Origin: Phycisphaera mikurensis NBRC 102666
GTDB taxonomy: Bacteria; Planctomycetota; Phycisphaerae; Phycisphaerales; Phycisphaeraceae
Assembly (NCBI RefSeq): GCF_000284115.1
Contig: NC_017080.1
Span: forward strand, 3,390,001-3,422,000
DNA length: 32,000 bases
Direction: 5' to 3'
The position numbers were made by a program, and so were the translations under genes. The notes beneath the pieces were generated by a model. It saw only the letters and a program-made list of their open reading frames with translations, was not told where the DNA came from and ran no database searches. Of this stretch, positions 17,407 to 26,069 are shown one piece after another; position 1 is the stretch's first letter, and every line of letters starts with the position of its first letter.

Positions 17407-17468
17407 CGCGGCCGCCGAGCGATCCCGATCCTCCCCCGCGGGGCCGACCGCTCGCCGGGCCGCACGTC

Positions 17469-17975
17469 TCACGGCTTCTCCCGCCGCTCGATGTAGAACA
17501 TCGAGTCGGCCGCCCGCGGCCCGACCATGTGCCAGGACAGAGGAAACTCCGGCCGCATCTGCATGTACATCTCGAAGAGCAGCTCGCCGAGCTTGTACTG
17601 CCGGTCGATGTTCTTCTCGGTCTTGCGGGTGTCGGTCGGGGGGATGAGCTCCAGCTTGTGGTAGCTCCAGGACGGCTCCAGCCGCACCATCAGGTGCCCC
17701 TCGCTCCAGTCGATCGGGTAGCCCTGCACCGGGCCCTGCCCGCCGCCGGGCGTGTGGAACCAGTAGCACAGGAAGCGGTCCTTCTCGGCCGTGGAGCCGT
17801 GCTGGCTGCCGCCCTTGAGCAGACGGGCGTGGCTGATGGACGAGGCGGGGCTGCCCCAGCGATCGCGGGCGATGAACGGCTGCCGAGCCTCCACGTCGTA
17901 CAGCCCCACGTGCGCGTAGCCGCACGTGAGCTTCGGCGTGCAGTGCGACTTGTTGATGCTTCGGCTGCTGTCCAA
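17469..17975 (-). CDS. conserved-looking hypothetical protein (168 aa), family not recognised
   Basis: The translation is rich in W/Y/F/K/M with no low-complexity runs (…CYWFHTPGGGQGPVQGYPIDWSEGHLMVRLEPSWSYHKLELIPPTD…), unlike the Arg/Ala-rich alternative frame. The only upstream in-frame canonical start is TTG 17975. Confidence 0.7.
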   Translation of the reverse strand: MDSSRSINKSHCTPKLTCGYAHVGLYDVEARQPFIARDRWGSPASSISHARLLKGGSQHGSTAEKDRFLCYWFHTPGGGQGPVQGYPIDWSEGHLMVRLEPSWSYHKLELIPPTDTRKTEKNIDRQYKLGELLFEMYMQMRPEFPLSWHMVGPRAADSMFYIERREKP

Positions 17976-18073
17976 GGCGATCCCGGGGGCGGTGCAGGCT
18001 CCTCATAGAGTAAACGCCCGCTCCCGGCCCCCCCGGTGCCTCGGCCCCACGGCCCCGCCCCGCACGCCCCGCC

Positions 18074-18544
18074 ATGCCCCAGTCCTCCGCCACCTCCGCC
18101 ACCTCCGAGCCCTCGCCCGCCGACCCGCCCGCCGCGGCACCCGCCGGCCCGCTCCGCCTCCGCGAGGTCGGCGGCGGGATCGTCCGCTTCAGCGTCCCCG
18201 GCACCGACTACCGCCTCGAGGCCGCCGCCGGCGGGTCGCTGGGCCCTTCCGCGGCCGCCGGCCAGCGCCTCCGCGGAACGCTGCACGCCGTCGCCCGCAA
18301 GGTCTGGCCCGTCGCCGCCGGCGGCCGCTTCGTCGAGCCCGTTTTCGGACGCCCGCGACGCATTCAGGCCGCCGTGCTGGGAGCCGATGAGGCCTCCAAC
18401 ACGCTGCACCTCGACGCGGGTGGCGTGAAGTTCGCCGCGCGCCTCGGCCACGCCGGCCAGCGCGTCGCCGACTTCCCGCCGCAGACGCTGGTCACCCTCA
18501 GCGTCGACGACCACGTCGTCCTCGAAGCCGCACCCGCCGACTGA
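18074..18544 (+). CDS. hypothetical protein (156 aa)
   Basis: ATG start and strong G/C at codon position 3 throughout. It ends 17 nt before the UDP-xylose synthase gene on the same strand. I recognise no family. Confidence 0.6.
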   Translation: MPQSSATSATSEPSPADPPAAAPAGPLRLREVGGGIVRFSVPGTDYRLEAAAGGSLGPSAAAGQRLRGTLHAVARKVWPVAAGGRFVEPVFGRPRRIQAAVLGADEASNTLHLDAGGVKFAARLGHAGQRVADFPPQTLVTLSVDDHVVLEAAPAD

Positions 18545-18561
18545 ACCCCCCGGACCCGCTC

Positions 18562-19629
18562 ATGCCCGAGACCGCCCCCTCCCCCGACGCGCCCGCCTCC
18601 ACGCCCCACCAGCGCGTCCTGGTCACCGGCGGCGCCGGCTTCCTCGGCAGCCACCTGTGCGACCGGCTCGTGGCCCAGGGCCACGACGTCATCTGCCTCG
18701 ACAACTTCTTCACCAGCCAGAAGACCAACGTGGCCCACCTCCTGGGCCAGCGCAACTTCGAGCTGATCCGCCACGACGTCACCGAGCCGATCACCCTCGA
18801 GGTCGACCGCATCTACAACATGGCCTGCCCGGCCAGCCCGGTGCACTACCAGTACAACCCGATCAAGACCATGAAGGTCTCGGTGATGGGCTCGATCAAC
18901 CTGCTGGGCATGGCCAAGCGGACCGGCGCCCGGATCCTGCAGGCCAGCACCAGCGAGGTCTACGGCGACCCCACGCCCGAGCACCACCCCCAGACCGAGA
19001 GCTACCGCGGCAACGTGAACCCCATCGGCGTGCGGGCCTGCTACGACGAGGGGAAGCGCGCGGCCGAGACGCTGTTCTTCGACTACTGGCGCAGCAACGG
19101 CGTGGACATCCGCGTGGTTCGGATCTTCAACACCTACGGCCCGCGGATGCACCCCTTCGACGGGCGGGTCGTGACCAACTTCATCGTGCAGGCCCTCCGC
19201 GGCGAAGACATCACGCTCTACGGCGACGGCAGCCAGACGCGTAGCTTCTGCTACGTGGATGACCTCGTCGACGTGATCATGGCGATGATGGAGCACGGCG
19301 GGAACGCCGGGGGCGACCCCGAGACCTTCGTGGGTCCGGTGAACATCGGCAACCCCGGCGAGTTCACGATCCGCCAGCTCGCCGAGAAGGTGATCGAGCT
19401 GACCGGGTCGTCGTCGAAGCTGGTCGAGCTGCCCCTGCCCAAGGACGACCCGCTGCAGCGCAAGCCCGACATCTCGCTGGCCAAGGAGAAGCTCGGCTGG
19501 GAGCCCCGGGTCCCCCTGGCCGACGGCCTGCAGCGGACGATCGCGTACTTCAGGAGCGTGGACCTGGGCAGCTTCCGCAAGCCGACCGATCACACGGCCC
19601 ACACCAGCAGCGACCGGTCCCGCATCTGA
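18562..19629 (+). CDS. uxs: UDP-glucuronate decarboxylase (UDP-xylose synthase), SDR family
   Basis: [18 protein letters not shown] Rossmann start, then [19 protein letters not shown] and YDEGKR (catalytic YxxxK), and [10 protein letters not shown], colinear with UXS enzymes. Confidence 0.95.
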   Translation: MPETAPSPDAPASTPHQRVLVTGGAGFLGSHLCDRLVAQGHDVICLDNFFTSQKTNVAHLLGQRNFELIRHDVTEPITLEVDRIYNMACPASPVHYQYNPIKTMKVSVMGSINLLGMAKRTGARILQASTSEVYGDPTPEHHPQTESYRGNVNPIGVRACYDEGKRAAETLFFDYWRSNGVDIRVVRIFNTYGPRMHPFDGRVVTNFIVQALRGEDITLYGDGSQTRSFCYVDDLVDVIMAMMEHGGNAGGDPETFVGPVNIGNPGEFTIRQLAEKVIELTGSSSKLVELPLPKDDPLQRKPDISLAKEKLGWEPRVPLADGLQRTIAYFRSVDLGSFRKPTDHTAHTSSDRSRI

Positions 19630-19810
19630 GGCCAGCGGGAGGGGGCGGAGGGTCGGGGGGTGGCGGAGGCGGAGACGCGGGGACACGCTGCGCGGGCGGC
19701 GGCGGCGCGAGCGCCGGCGGCATCGGCGTGGGAACCCGCTCGGCCTGCTTCTACCCTGCCGCCGGGGCGCCACGCCCCGCACCCCGCACCCCACCCGAAA
19801 GACCACCCCC

Positions 19811-20962
19811 ATGCGCCACGCCGTCATCATGGCCGGCGGCTCCGGCACCCGGCTCTGGCCGATGTCCGTCGCCGAGCAGCCCAAGCAGCTCATCCCCTTC
19901 ATCGGCGCCGGCGTCGGGGAGACGGAGCCCGACGGCTCGCCCGCCGGCCGCTCGCTGCTCGCGATCGCGATGGACCGCCTCGAAGGCCTCGTCGACGACG
20001 GGCACCAGTGGGTCTGCGCGGGCGAGGCGACGCGGGAGCCGATGCTGCGCGGCCTCCCGCGGCTCGACGCCTCGCGCTTCATCGGCGAGCCGATCGGCCG
20101 CGACACGCTCGCGGCGGTGGTGCTCGCGGCGGCGGTGCTCAAGAAGACCGACCCCGACGCGGTGATGGCGATCTTCACCGCGGACCACATCATCGAGCCG
20201 GTGGCGGACTTCCAGCGCATCGTCTCGGAAGGCTTCGCGCTTGCGGAGAGCGCCCCCAACACCCTGGTCACCTTCGGCATCACGCCCACGCAGGCGGCGA
20301 CCGGCTACGGCTACCTGCAGCTCGGGGCGGCGATCGACGCCACGCCCGGCTTCACCGTGTCCGCGTTCAAGGAGAAGCCCGACGCACAGACCGCGGCTTC
20401 CTACCTCGATGCCGGCAGCGAGAAGTACCTGTGGAACTCGGGCATGTTCGTCTGGTCGGCCGACGCCGTCCTCGCCGCCGCCGCCAAGTTCGCCCCGACG
20501 CAGACCGCGGCGATCCAGGAGGTCGTGCAGTCCTGGGGCACCGACGCGTACGGCCCGGCGATCGCCGAGGCCTACCCGGGTCTCGAGAAGATCAGCGTCG
20601 ACTTCGCGATCATGGAGCCCGCCGCCGCGGACGACGCGTTTCGCGTCGCGGCGGTGCCGATGCCGCTTTCGTGGCTGGACGTGGGCTCGTGGCCCAGCTT
20701 CGCGGAGACGCTGGATCCCGACGCCGACGGCAACGCCGTCTCGGGCGCCGGCGAGGGGAACCGGGCCGCGGTGCTGATGGACGCGTCGGACAACCTCGTC
20801 GTCAGCGACGATCCCGATCACTGCGTCGCCCTGCTGGGTGTCAGCGACCTCCTCGTGGTTCGCACCGGGAAGTCGACGCTGGTCTGCCACCGGGACCACG
20901 CCGAGAAGATCAAGGCACTCCAGAAGGAAGTCGCCGACCGCATGGGCGACGCGCACGTCTGA
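19811..20962 (+). CDS. manC: mannose-1-phosphate guanylyltransferase-type nucleotidyltransferase
   Basis: MRHAVIMAGGSGTRLWPMS...PKQL is the ManC/CpsB N-terminal signature, and FKEKPD and LWNSGMFVW blocks follow. There is no C-terminal isomerase/cupin domain (383 aa). Confidence 0.9.
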   Translation: MRHAVIMAGGSGTRLWPMSVAEQPKQLIPFIGAGVGETEPDGSPAGRSLLAIAMDRLEGLVDDGHQWVCAGEATREPMLRGLPRLDASRFIGEPIGRDTLAAVVLAAAVLKKTDPDAVMAIFTADHIIEPVADFQRIVSEGFALAESAPNTLVTFGITPTQAATGYGYLQLGAAIDATPGFTVSAFKEKPDAQTAASYLDAGSEKYLWNSGMFVWSADAVLAAAAKFAPTQTAAIQEVVQSWGTDAYGPAIAEAYPGLEKISVDFAIMEPAAADDAFRVAAVPMPLSWLDVGSWPSFAETLDPDADGNAVSGAGEGNRAAVLMDASDNLVVSDDPDHCVALLGVSDLLVVRTGKSTLVCHRDHAEKIKALQKEVADRMGDAHV

Positions 20963-21107
20963 GGAGGCTCCGCGGCACCGGGCTCGCCCCGCGTGCCTCG
21001 CGCCTTCCCGCACGCGTCCCGCTGCGCCGGGCTCTTGGGCCGAGGCCGGCACACCCGGTGCGGGCGCCCGCCGGAGCGGCCCGCGGCCCCGGTAGGCTCG
21101 CCCGGCG

Positions 21108-22229
21108 ATGCCGCCCGACTCCCCCCAAGCCAAAGACACGGCGTTGCAGCCGGCCGGCCGGCAGACCTTCGCCGCCTTCGAGCTGGCGTCGGTCCTCAGC
21201 CACTACGACCTAGGCGTCATCGAGGAGATCCACGAGTTCCCCAAAGGCTCGCGGAAGGCGCCCAAGCTGATCCTCAAGACCGACGCCGGCGAGTACCTGC
21301 TCAAGCGGCGGGCGCCATCGGCTTTCGACCGCGAGAAAGCGGCCTTCACGCACGGGCTGCAGGTGCACCTGGCGAACAAGGGCTTCCCGCTCCCGCGGCT
21401 GATGGTCACGCGGAGCCAGGAGCGCACGATGCTCCGCCTCTCCGAGCAGACCTACGAGGTGTTCCAGTACATCCGGGGCGACGCGTACGACTTCTCCCTG
21501 GACGCCACCCGCGACTCCGGCCAGACCCTGGGCATCTTCCACGGGCTGCTGCAGAAGTACGCGAGCAACTACACGCCGCCCCGCGGGAGCTACCACGCGA
21601 GCCGGTCGGTGATGACCGCCCTGGGGATGCTCGAGGAGACCCTGACGCGGCACGCCGCCCGGGCCGCGCCGCCCGAAGCCGAGACGCTGGAGCGGATGAG
21701 CCCGCTGGACCGCTCGCCCGCGGAGCTCACCGCGCACCTGCGCTCGTGCTACGTCGACGCCGTGCGCAAGTGCGAGTCGCTGGGCATCAAGCGGTGGCCC
21801 AGCCAGGTGATCCACGCCGACTGGCACGGCGGGAACATGCTCTTCCGAGCCCGCCGCGTCGTCGCGGTGATCGACTACGACACCTCCCGCTACGGCCCGC
21901 GCGTCATCGACACCGCCAACGGGGCGCTGCAGTTCTCGATGAGCAGCGGCGGAGCCGACCCCACCGCCTGGGGCGACGGCATCGAGGAGGACCGCTTCGC
22001 GGCTTTCCTCTCCGGCTACGACGACGCCGAGAACGACGTGCTCGCCCAGGCCGAGCTCGCGGCGATCCCGCACCTGATGATCGAGGCCCTGCTCGCCGAG
22101 AGCGTGCTGCCCATCGCCCAGACCGGCTTCTTCGCCCGCATGGACGGCCAGCCCTTCCTCTCGATGATCCGCCGGAAGGTCGGCTGGATCCGGGACCACG
22201 CGGAGCGGCTGGTCTCGCTGGTGGAGTAG
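21108..22229 (+). CDS. APH/choline-kinase-fold phosphotransferase (small-molecule kinase, substrate unknown)
   Basis: Brenner-type catalytic loop VIHADWHGGNMLF and metal-binding VIDYDTS, with an N-terminal Lys-containing lobe (YLLKRR). Confidence 0.85.
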   Translation: MPPDSPQAKDTALQPAGRQTFAAFELASVLSHYDLGVIEEIHEFPKGSRKAPKLILKTDAGEYLLKRRAPSAFDREKAAFTHGLQVHLANKGFPLPRLMVTRSQERTMLRLSEQTYEVFQYIRGDAYDFSLDATRDSGQTLGIFHGLLQKYASNYTPPRGSYHASRSVMTALGMLEETLTRHAARAAPPEAETLERMSPLDRSPAELTAHLRSCYVDAVRKCESLGIKRWPSQVIHADWHGGNMLFRARRVVAVIDYDTSRYGPRVIDTANGALQFSMSSGGADPTAWGDGIEEDRFAAFLSGYDDAENDVLAQAELAAIPHLMIEALLAESVLPIAQTGFFARMDGQPFLSMIRRKVGWIRDHAERLVSLVE

Positions 22230-22251
22230 CGGGCCGTACCGTCGGACGACC

Positions 22252-23076
22252 ATGAGGCCGCTTTTCTTGGATGCTCACCGGCTCGCGCTCGCCCTCGCGG
22301 TGGGGGCCGCGCTCGCCGCATCGCCGGCGACGGCGGACCCGGTGGCGGCGGGCGTGGTGGAGCGGCTGGACGCGGCCTCCTTCACCGAGCGGGAGGCGGC
22401 GACCCAGACGCTGATGGCGGACGCGACGCAGACGCCCGACACGCTCGCGGCGTGGCTGCCCCTCACGCGGGACCGGCCCGAGGCCCGGGCCCGGCTGCTC
22501 GCGGCGATGCACCACCAGCACCTGCGGGAGGCGCGGCTCGCGCTGGAGGGGCCCGACGCCGGCGGCGGGCTGCTCCAGCGCGCCGGCCGGGCGACCCTCC
22601 GCGGCCCCGGGCCCGGGTCGCTGGGCGTCTCCCACCGGGCCTTCCCCGCGGGCGCGATGCCGGGCGTGGACGAGCCCTCGATCGCGGTGGTCCGCACGCT
22701 GCCGGGCTTCCCCGCGCACGCGAAGCTGCGGGTGGGCGACCTGATCGTCGGCCTCAACGGCCGGCCGGTGGCGTGGCCCGAGCCGGCGTTTCCCGACGCC
22801 GAAGACCGGGCGAGGCGGCGCATCGAGGACCGGCGTCAGCGGCTGCTGGCCGACGCCGCCCGCGCCGCCACGCTCTTCAGCGAGGCGGTGCAGACCGCCG
22901 GCGCCGGCACGTCGATCACGCTCCGCGTCCTCCGCGACGGCGAGCCGATCGAGGTCGCGTTGACGCTGGCCCGCTCCGCAGCATTGCGGAGCCTGTACCC
23001 CGGCGACGGCAGCCGCGACCCCGACCTCGGCTGGGCCGCCCGCCGCGACGCCCTGCTCGCCGCAGCGGGCGGCTGA
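22252..23076 (+). CDS. secreted PDZ-domain protein
   Basis: Signal peptide ...LALAVGAALAASPATA. PDZ core LPGFPAHAKLRVGDLIVGLNGRPV ... ITLRVLRDGEPIEVALTL. Confidence 0.75.
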   Translation: MRPLFLDAHRLALALAVGAALAASPATADPVAAGVVERLDAASFTEREAATQTLMADATQTPDTLAAWLPLTRDRPEARARLLAAMHHQHLREARLALEGPDAGGGLLQRAGRATLRGPGPGSLGVSHRAFPAGAMPGVDEPSIAVVRTLPGFPAHAKLRVGDLIVGLNGRPVAWPEPAFPDAEDRARRRIEDRRQRLLADAARAATLFSEAVQTAGAGTSITLRVLRDGEPIEVALTLARSAALRSLYPGDGSRDPDLGWAARRDALLAAAGG

Positions 23077-23186
23077 GGCCCGCCCGCGTCGCCGGCGATC
23101 CGACCGAGGCGCGTCGCCGGGGCGGGCGTGCCGCCGCGGACGGGACGCGGGCTACACTCCGTGCGTTCCTTTCAGTCGAGACCGAA

Positions 23187-23762
23187 ATGACCGACGATCC
23201 TGCCATCCTTGATCCCGACGGCGCCGCAGACCCGGTGATCTCGCCGGTGCAGCAGAAGCTGATCCTGCACTTCGGCGAGATGGGCGCCCGCTGGGGCGTC
23301 AACCGCACGGTGGCTCAGGTCCACGCGCTGCTCTACCTCGTGGAGCGGCCGCTGCCCGCCGACGCGATCTCGCGCGTCCTGCAGGTCGCCCGGAGCAACG
23401 TCTCGACGTCGATCCGCGAGCTGCTCGCGTGGGGCATCGTCCACCAGGTCTCGATCCTGGGCGAGCGGCGCGACCACTTCACGACGACCGCGGACGTGTG
23501 GGAGATGTTCCAGACGATCGTCGACGAGCGCAAGAAGCGGGAGCTGGACCCGACCCTGGAGCTGCTCGGCGAGCTGGTGAAGGAGGCCGAGGCTTCGGAC
23601 GTCGAGAACGCCCACACCCGCCGGCGGCTCCGCGAACTGCACCAGATGCTCGGCAGCCTCGCCCGCTGGTACACGCAGGTCCGCCACCTGCCGCAGGGGG
23701 CGATCATCCGCTTCGTGAAGATGGGCTCGAAGGTGTTCACGCGGCTGGGGATCGCCTCGTGA
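23187..23762 (+). CDS. GbsR/MarR-type winged-helix transcriptional regulator
   Basis: QQKLILHFGEMGARWGVNRTVAQVHALLYL...PLPADAISRVLQVARSNVSTSIRELLAWGIV is the GbsR (COG1510) wHTH block, followed by a C-terminal helical region. Confidence 0.85.
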   Translation: MTDDPAILDPDGAADPVISPVQQKLILHFGEMGARWGVNRTVAQVHALLYLVERPLPADAISRVLQVARSNVSTSIRELLAWGIVHQVSILGERRDHFTTTADVWEMFQTIVDERKKRELDPTLELLGELVKEAEASDVENAHTRRRLRELHQMLGSLARWYTQVRHLPQGAIIRFVKMGSKVFTRLGIAS

Positions 23763-24442
23763 AGCCGGCCGCCCCCCGCTTCGGCATCGCCGCTGTGCAC
23801 CACCGCCTCACGCGCGGCGTGCTCGACGCCGCGGACCGCCGCCTCCCGGCGGGCTTTGAGCCCGCGGTCCGCGGCGGCTTCCACCTCGTCGACACGCTGG
23901 AGCTGCGCCTGCTCGGGGCACCGGCCGGGGAGCCGCCGGTGCGGGTCCACCGCGTCCGCGTGAACGCGATGACCCACGCCGGCGACCTGCTCCGCGGCGG
24001 CTGGCCGCTGGCGATCACCGCCGGCCCGACGGGCCGGGACGTGCTCGCGCGGCTGCTCGGGCCGCTCGGCGAAGCCGGCGAGGGCCATCAAGAGCCGCCG
24101 CGGCTTCCTCGCGGGGATGCCGGCCCCTCGATCTACCCGCTGCTGGCCGACCGCGTGGCCGCCGCCGACCCGCTCGCGCCCTGGCTGCTCCCGCTGCGCG
24201 GCGGCCGCGTCCGGCGTCTTCGCTTCGCCGCCCCCGCGGGCGGCTTCGCCGTGGCGGAGGCACCCGGCACGGACCCGTTCTGGGCGGCGCTGCCCGCGGC
24301 CGCCGGCTTTGGCGAAGCCGCGGCCGAGTCGCGCGTCACCGCCGACGCCGTCCCGCTGCGCTGGAGCGTCGACCGGCCGCGCCCGCTGCTCGGCGTCGCC
24401 TTCCGCCCCGCCGCCCGCCGCCGCATCGCCGCCGTGGCGTAG
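23759..24442 (+). CDS. hypothetical protein (227 aa), co-translated with the GbsR-type regulator
   Basis: GTG 23759 overlaps the regulator TGA (GTGA). Codon position 3 is G/C-rich. The sequence is Ala/Arg/Pro-rich and I recognise no family. Confidence 0.6.
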   Translation: MKPAAPRFGIAAVHHRLTRGVLDAADRRLPAGFEPAVRGGFHLVDTLELRLLGAPAGEPPVRVHRVRVNAMTHAGDLLRGGWPLAITAGPTGRDVLARLLGPLGEAGEGHQEPPRLPRGDAGPSIYPLLADRVAAADPLAPWLLPLRGGRVRRLRFAAPAGGFAVAEAPGTDPFWAALPAAAGFGEAAAESRVTADAVPLRWSVDRPRPLLGVAFRPAARRRIAAVA

Positions 24443-24454
24443 AAGAAGAAGGCC

Positions 24455-24616
24455 ATGGAGCGGTACCTCTTCCTGATCGTCCTGACGCCCTGCCTCCTCC
24501 CGGTCCTGGGGTTGGTCCTGCTGGCATTGGCCGCTCTTTGGCGCACGCTGCAAGACGACCGCCGCCGCCGCAAGGCCCTCGATTCCGCGGATCGTGGCCC
24601 GCATGGCTCCGAATGA
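24455..24616 (+). CDS. 53-aa single-TM micro-protein (not in ORF track)
   Basis: My own translation is MERYLFLIVLTPCLLPVLGLVLLALAALWRTLQDDRRRRKALDSADRGPHGSE. It has one TM helix followed by an RRRRK stop-transfer. The ATG lies 12 nt after the previous stop and is preceded by AGAAGAAGAAGG, the same purine tract found before clpP. Confidence 0.5.
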   Translation: MERYLFLIVLTPCLLPVLGLVLLALAALWRTLQDDRRRRKALDSADRGPHGSE

Positions 24617-24832
24617 GCGACGGTCCGCGGGAACGTGGATCGAAACCGCGGAAGGAAGCGGCCGGCAGCAGGTTCGTCCCTGCGGGAGCACGGATTCTCG
24701 AGCGTGCTCTCTGGCCATCGCCCCCGCAGGGCGGGCTGTGCCCGCGGCAAGGGTGCTGGGTGCCGCGTCCACGCGGCTCCCGCCCTGCGCGAGGCCGGCA
24801 CGGGGGAGCGTGCCGCGCATCGGCACCAACGT

Positions 24833-25909
24833 CTAGATCCACCTCTTCCAGCGGAACCAGCCGAGCAGCCCGAGCATCGAGCCGCCGCAGAGGAACACGA
24901 AGATCCAGAAGCCGTAGGGACTGTCGGACAGCGGGAGCTGCGCAAAGTTCATCCCGAAGACGCCGGCGAAGAAGCTCGCGGGGATGAACAGCGAGGCGAT
25001 GACGGTGAGCACCTTCATCACCTCGTTCATGCGGGTGCTCATCGCGTTCATCCAGGTGTCGGCCAGCCCGCTGGCGGACTCGCGGTGGACCTCCAGCGCC
25101 TCCATCGCCTGGACCGCGTGGTCGTGGACGTCGCGCAGGAACAGCCGCGTCGTCTCGTCGATCAGCTCCGGGTCGATCTCGCCGAGGTTGCGCAGCATGT
25201 CGCGCATGGGCGCCAGCTCGCGGCGGGTGTGGACCAGCTCGCGCTTGAGGTCGTGGACGACGCCGATCACGTGCTCGTCGGGGTCGGTGTAGATGCGGTC
25301 CTCGATCGCCTCGATCCGCTCGGCGTGGTGCTCGAGCACGGGGAAGACCGCGTCGGCGATCGCGTCGAGCAGGGCGTAGAGGAGGAAGGGGGCGCCGTTC
25401 TGCCGCAGCCGCGACTTCTTCCGAGAGATCCGCGTCCGCACCTGGTCCCAGACGTCGCCGGGCTCCTCCGTGAAGGTGATGAGCACCCGGGGCCCCAGGA
25501 AGAAGCTCACCTGCTCGGAGAGCACGGCGGCGTGCTCGGGCCCGTCGGGGGTGTGGGCCTCGCCGGCGGCCTCCCGCAGGCGGACCATGCGGGCGACCAG
25601 AAACAGCCGCAGGTTCTCGGGGTCGTCGCTGTCGAAGATCTCCGCCTTGCTCCGCTGGTTCGTGTGGACGACGTCCTCCATCGCCAGCGGATGCAGGCCG
25701 TAGCGCTTCGCGAGGCCGGCGAGGGCGGCGGGATCGTCCACGCGGTCGACGTGGATCCAGCGGACGGTGACGCCCTCGGGCGGCGGGCGGTGCAGCTCCT
25801 CGGCGGCGGGCACGACGCGCACGTCGTGCAGGTCGGGGCCGTAGTCGGTGCGGGTGATGACCGCCGCGTGCGCGGCGGGCGTCATCTTCGCCAGCTGCTC
25901 GGGCGTCAT
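24833..25909 (-). CDS. corA: CorA-family magnesium/cobalt transporter
   Basis: The C-terminal two TM helices carry the GVFGMNF (GMN) signature, and the cytoplasmic domain is of typical length. The start is taken as ATG 25909 (358 aa). An in-frame ATG also exists at 25885, and upstream ones overlap xylB. Confidence 0.9.
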   Translation of the reverse strand: MTPEQLAKMTPAAHAAVITRTDYGPDLHDVRVVPAAEELHRPPPEGVTVRWIHVDRVDDPAALAGLAKRYGLHPLAMEDVVHTNQRSKAEIFDSDDPENLRLFLVARMVRLREAAGEAHTPDGPEHAAVLSEQVSFFLGPRVLITFTEEPGDVWDQVRTRISRKKSRLRQNGAPFLLYALLDAIADAVFPVLEHHAERIEAIEDRIYTDPDEHVIGVVHDLKRELVHTRRELAPMRDMLRNLGEIDPELIDETTRLFLRDVHDHAVQAMEALEVHRESASGLADTWMNAMSTRMNEVMKVLTVIASLFIPASFFAGVFGMNFAQLPLSDSPYGFWIFVFLCGGSMLGLLGWFRWKRWI

Positions 25910-26069
25910 GCCCGGGGTGGAGCCGGGCGTGGTGCGGTGGCGGGCGGCGGCGGGCGGGCGGCGTAGCGGCGCGGTGGCGACGGTGCGGATGCCACGGCCC
26001 GCCGCGTCGCCGAGGCGGTTGACGGCGCGGCGGGCCTCGCGGAAGGCCCGCAGGCCCGGAGCGTGTCGC

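Noticed and set aside
16951-18204. Single 417-aa protein fusing the DUF501 core to an N-terminal extension
   Set aside because: The extension is the low-complexity alternative frame of the 168-aa gene. A two-gene model explains both the codon bias and the composition better (see the finding on this locus).
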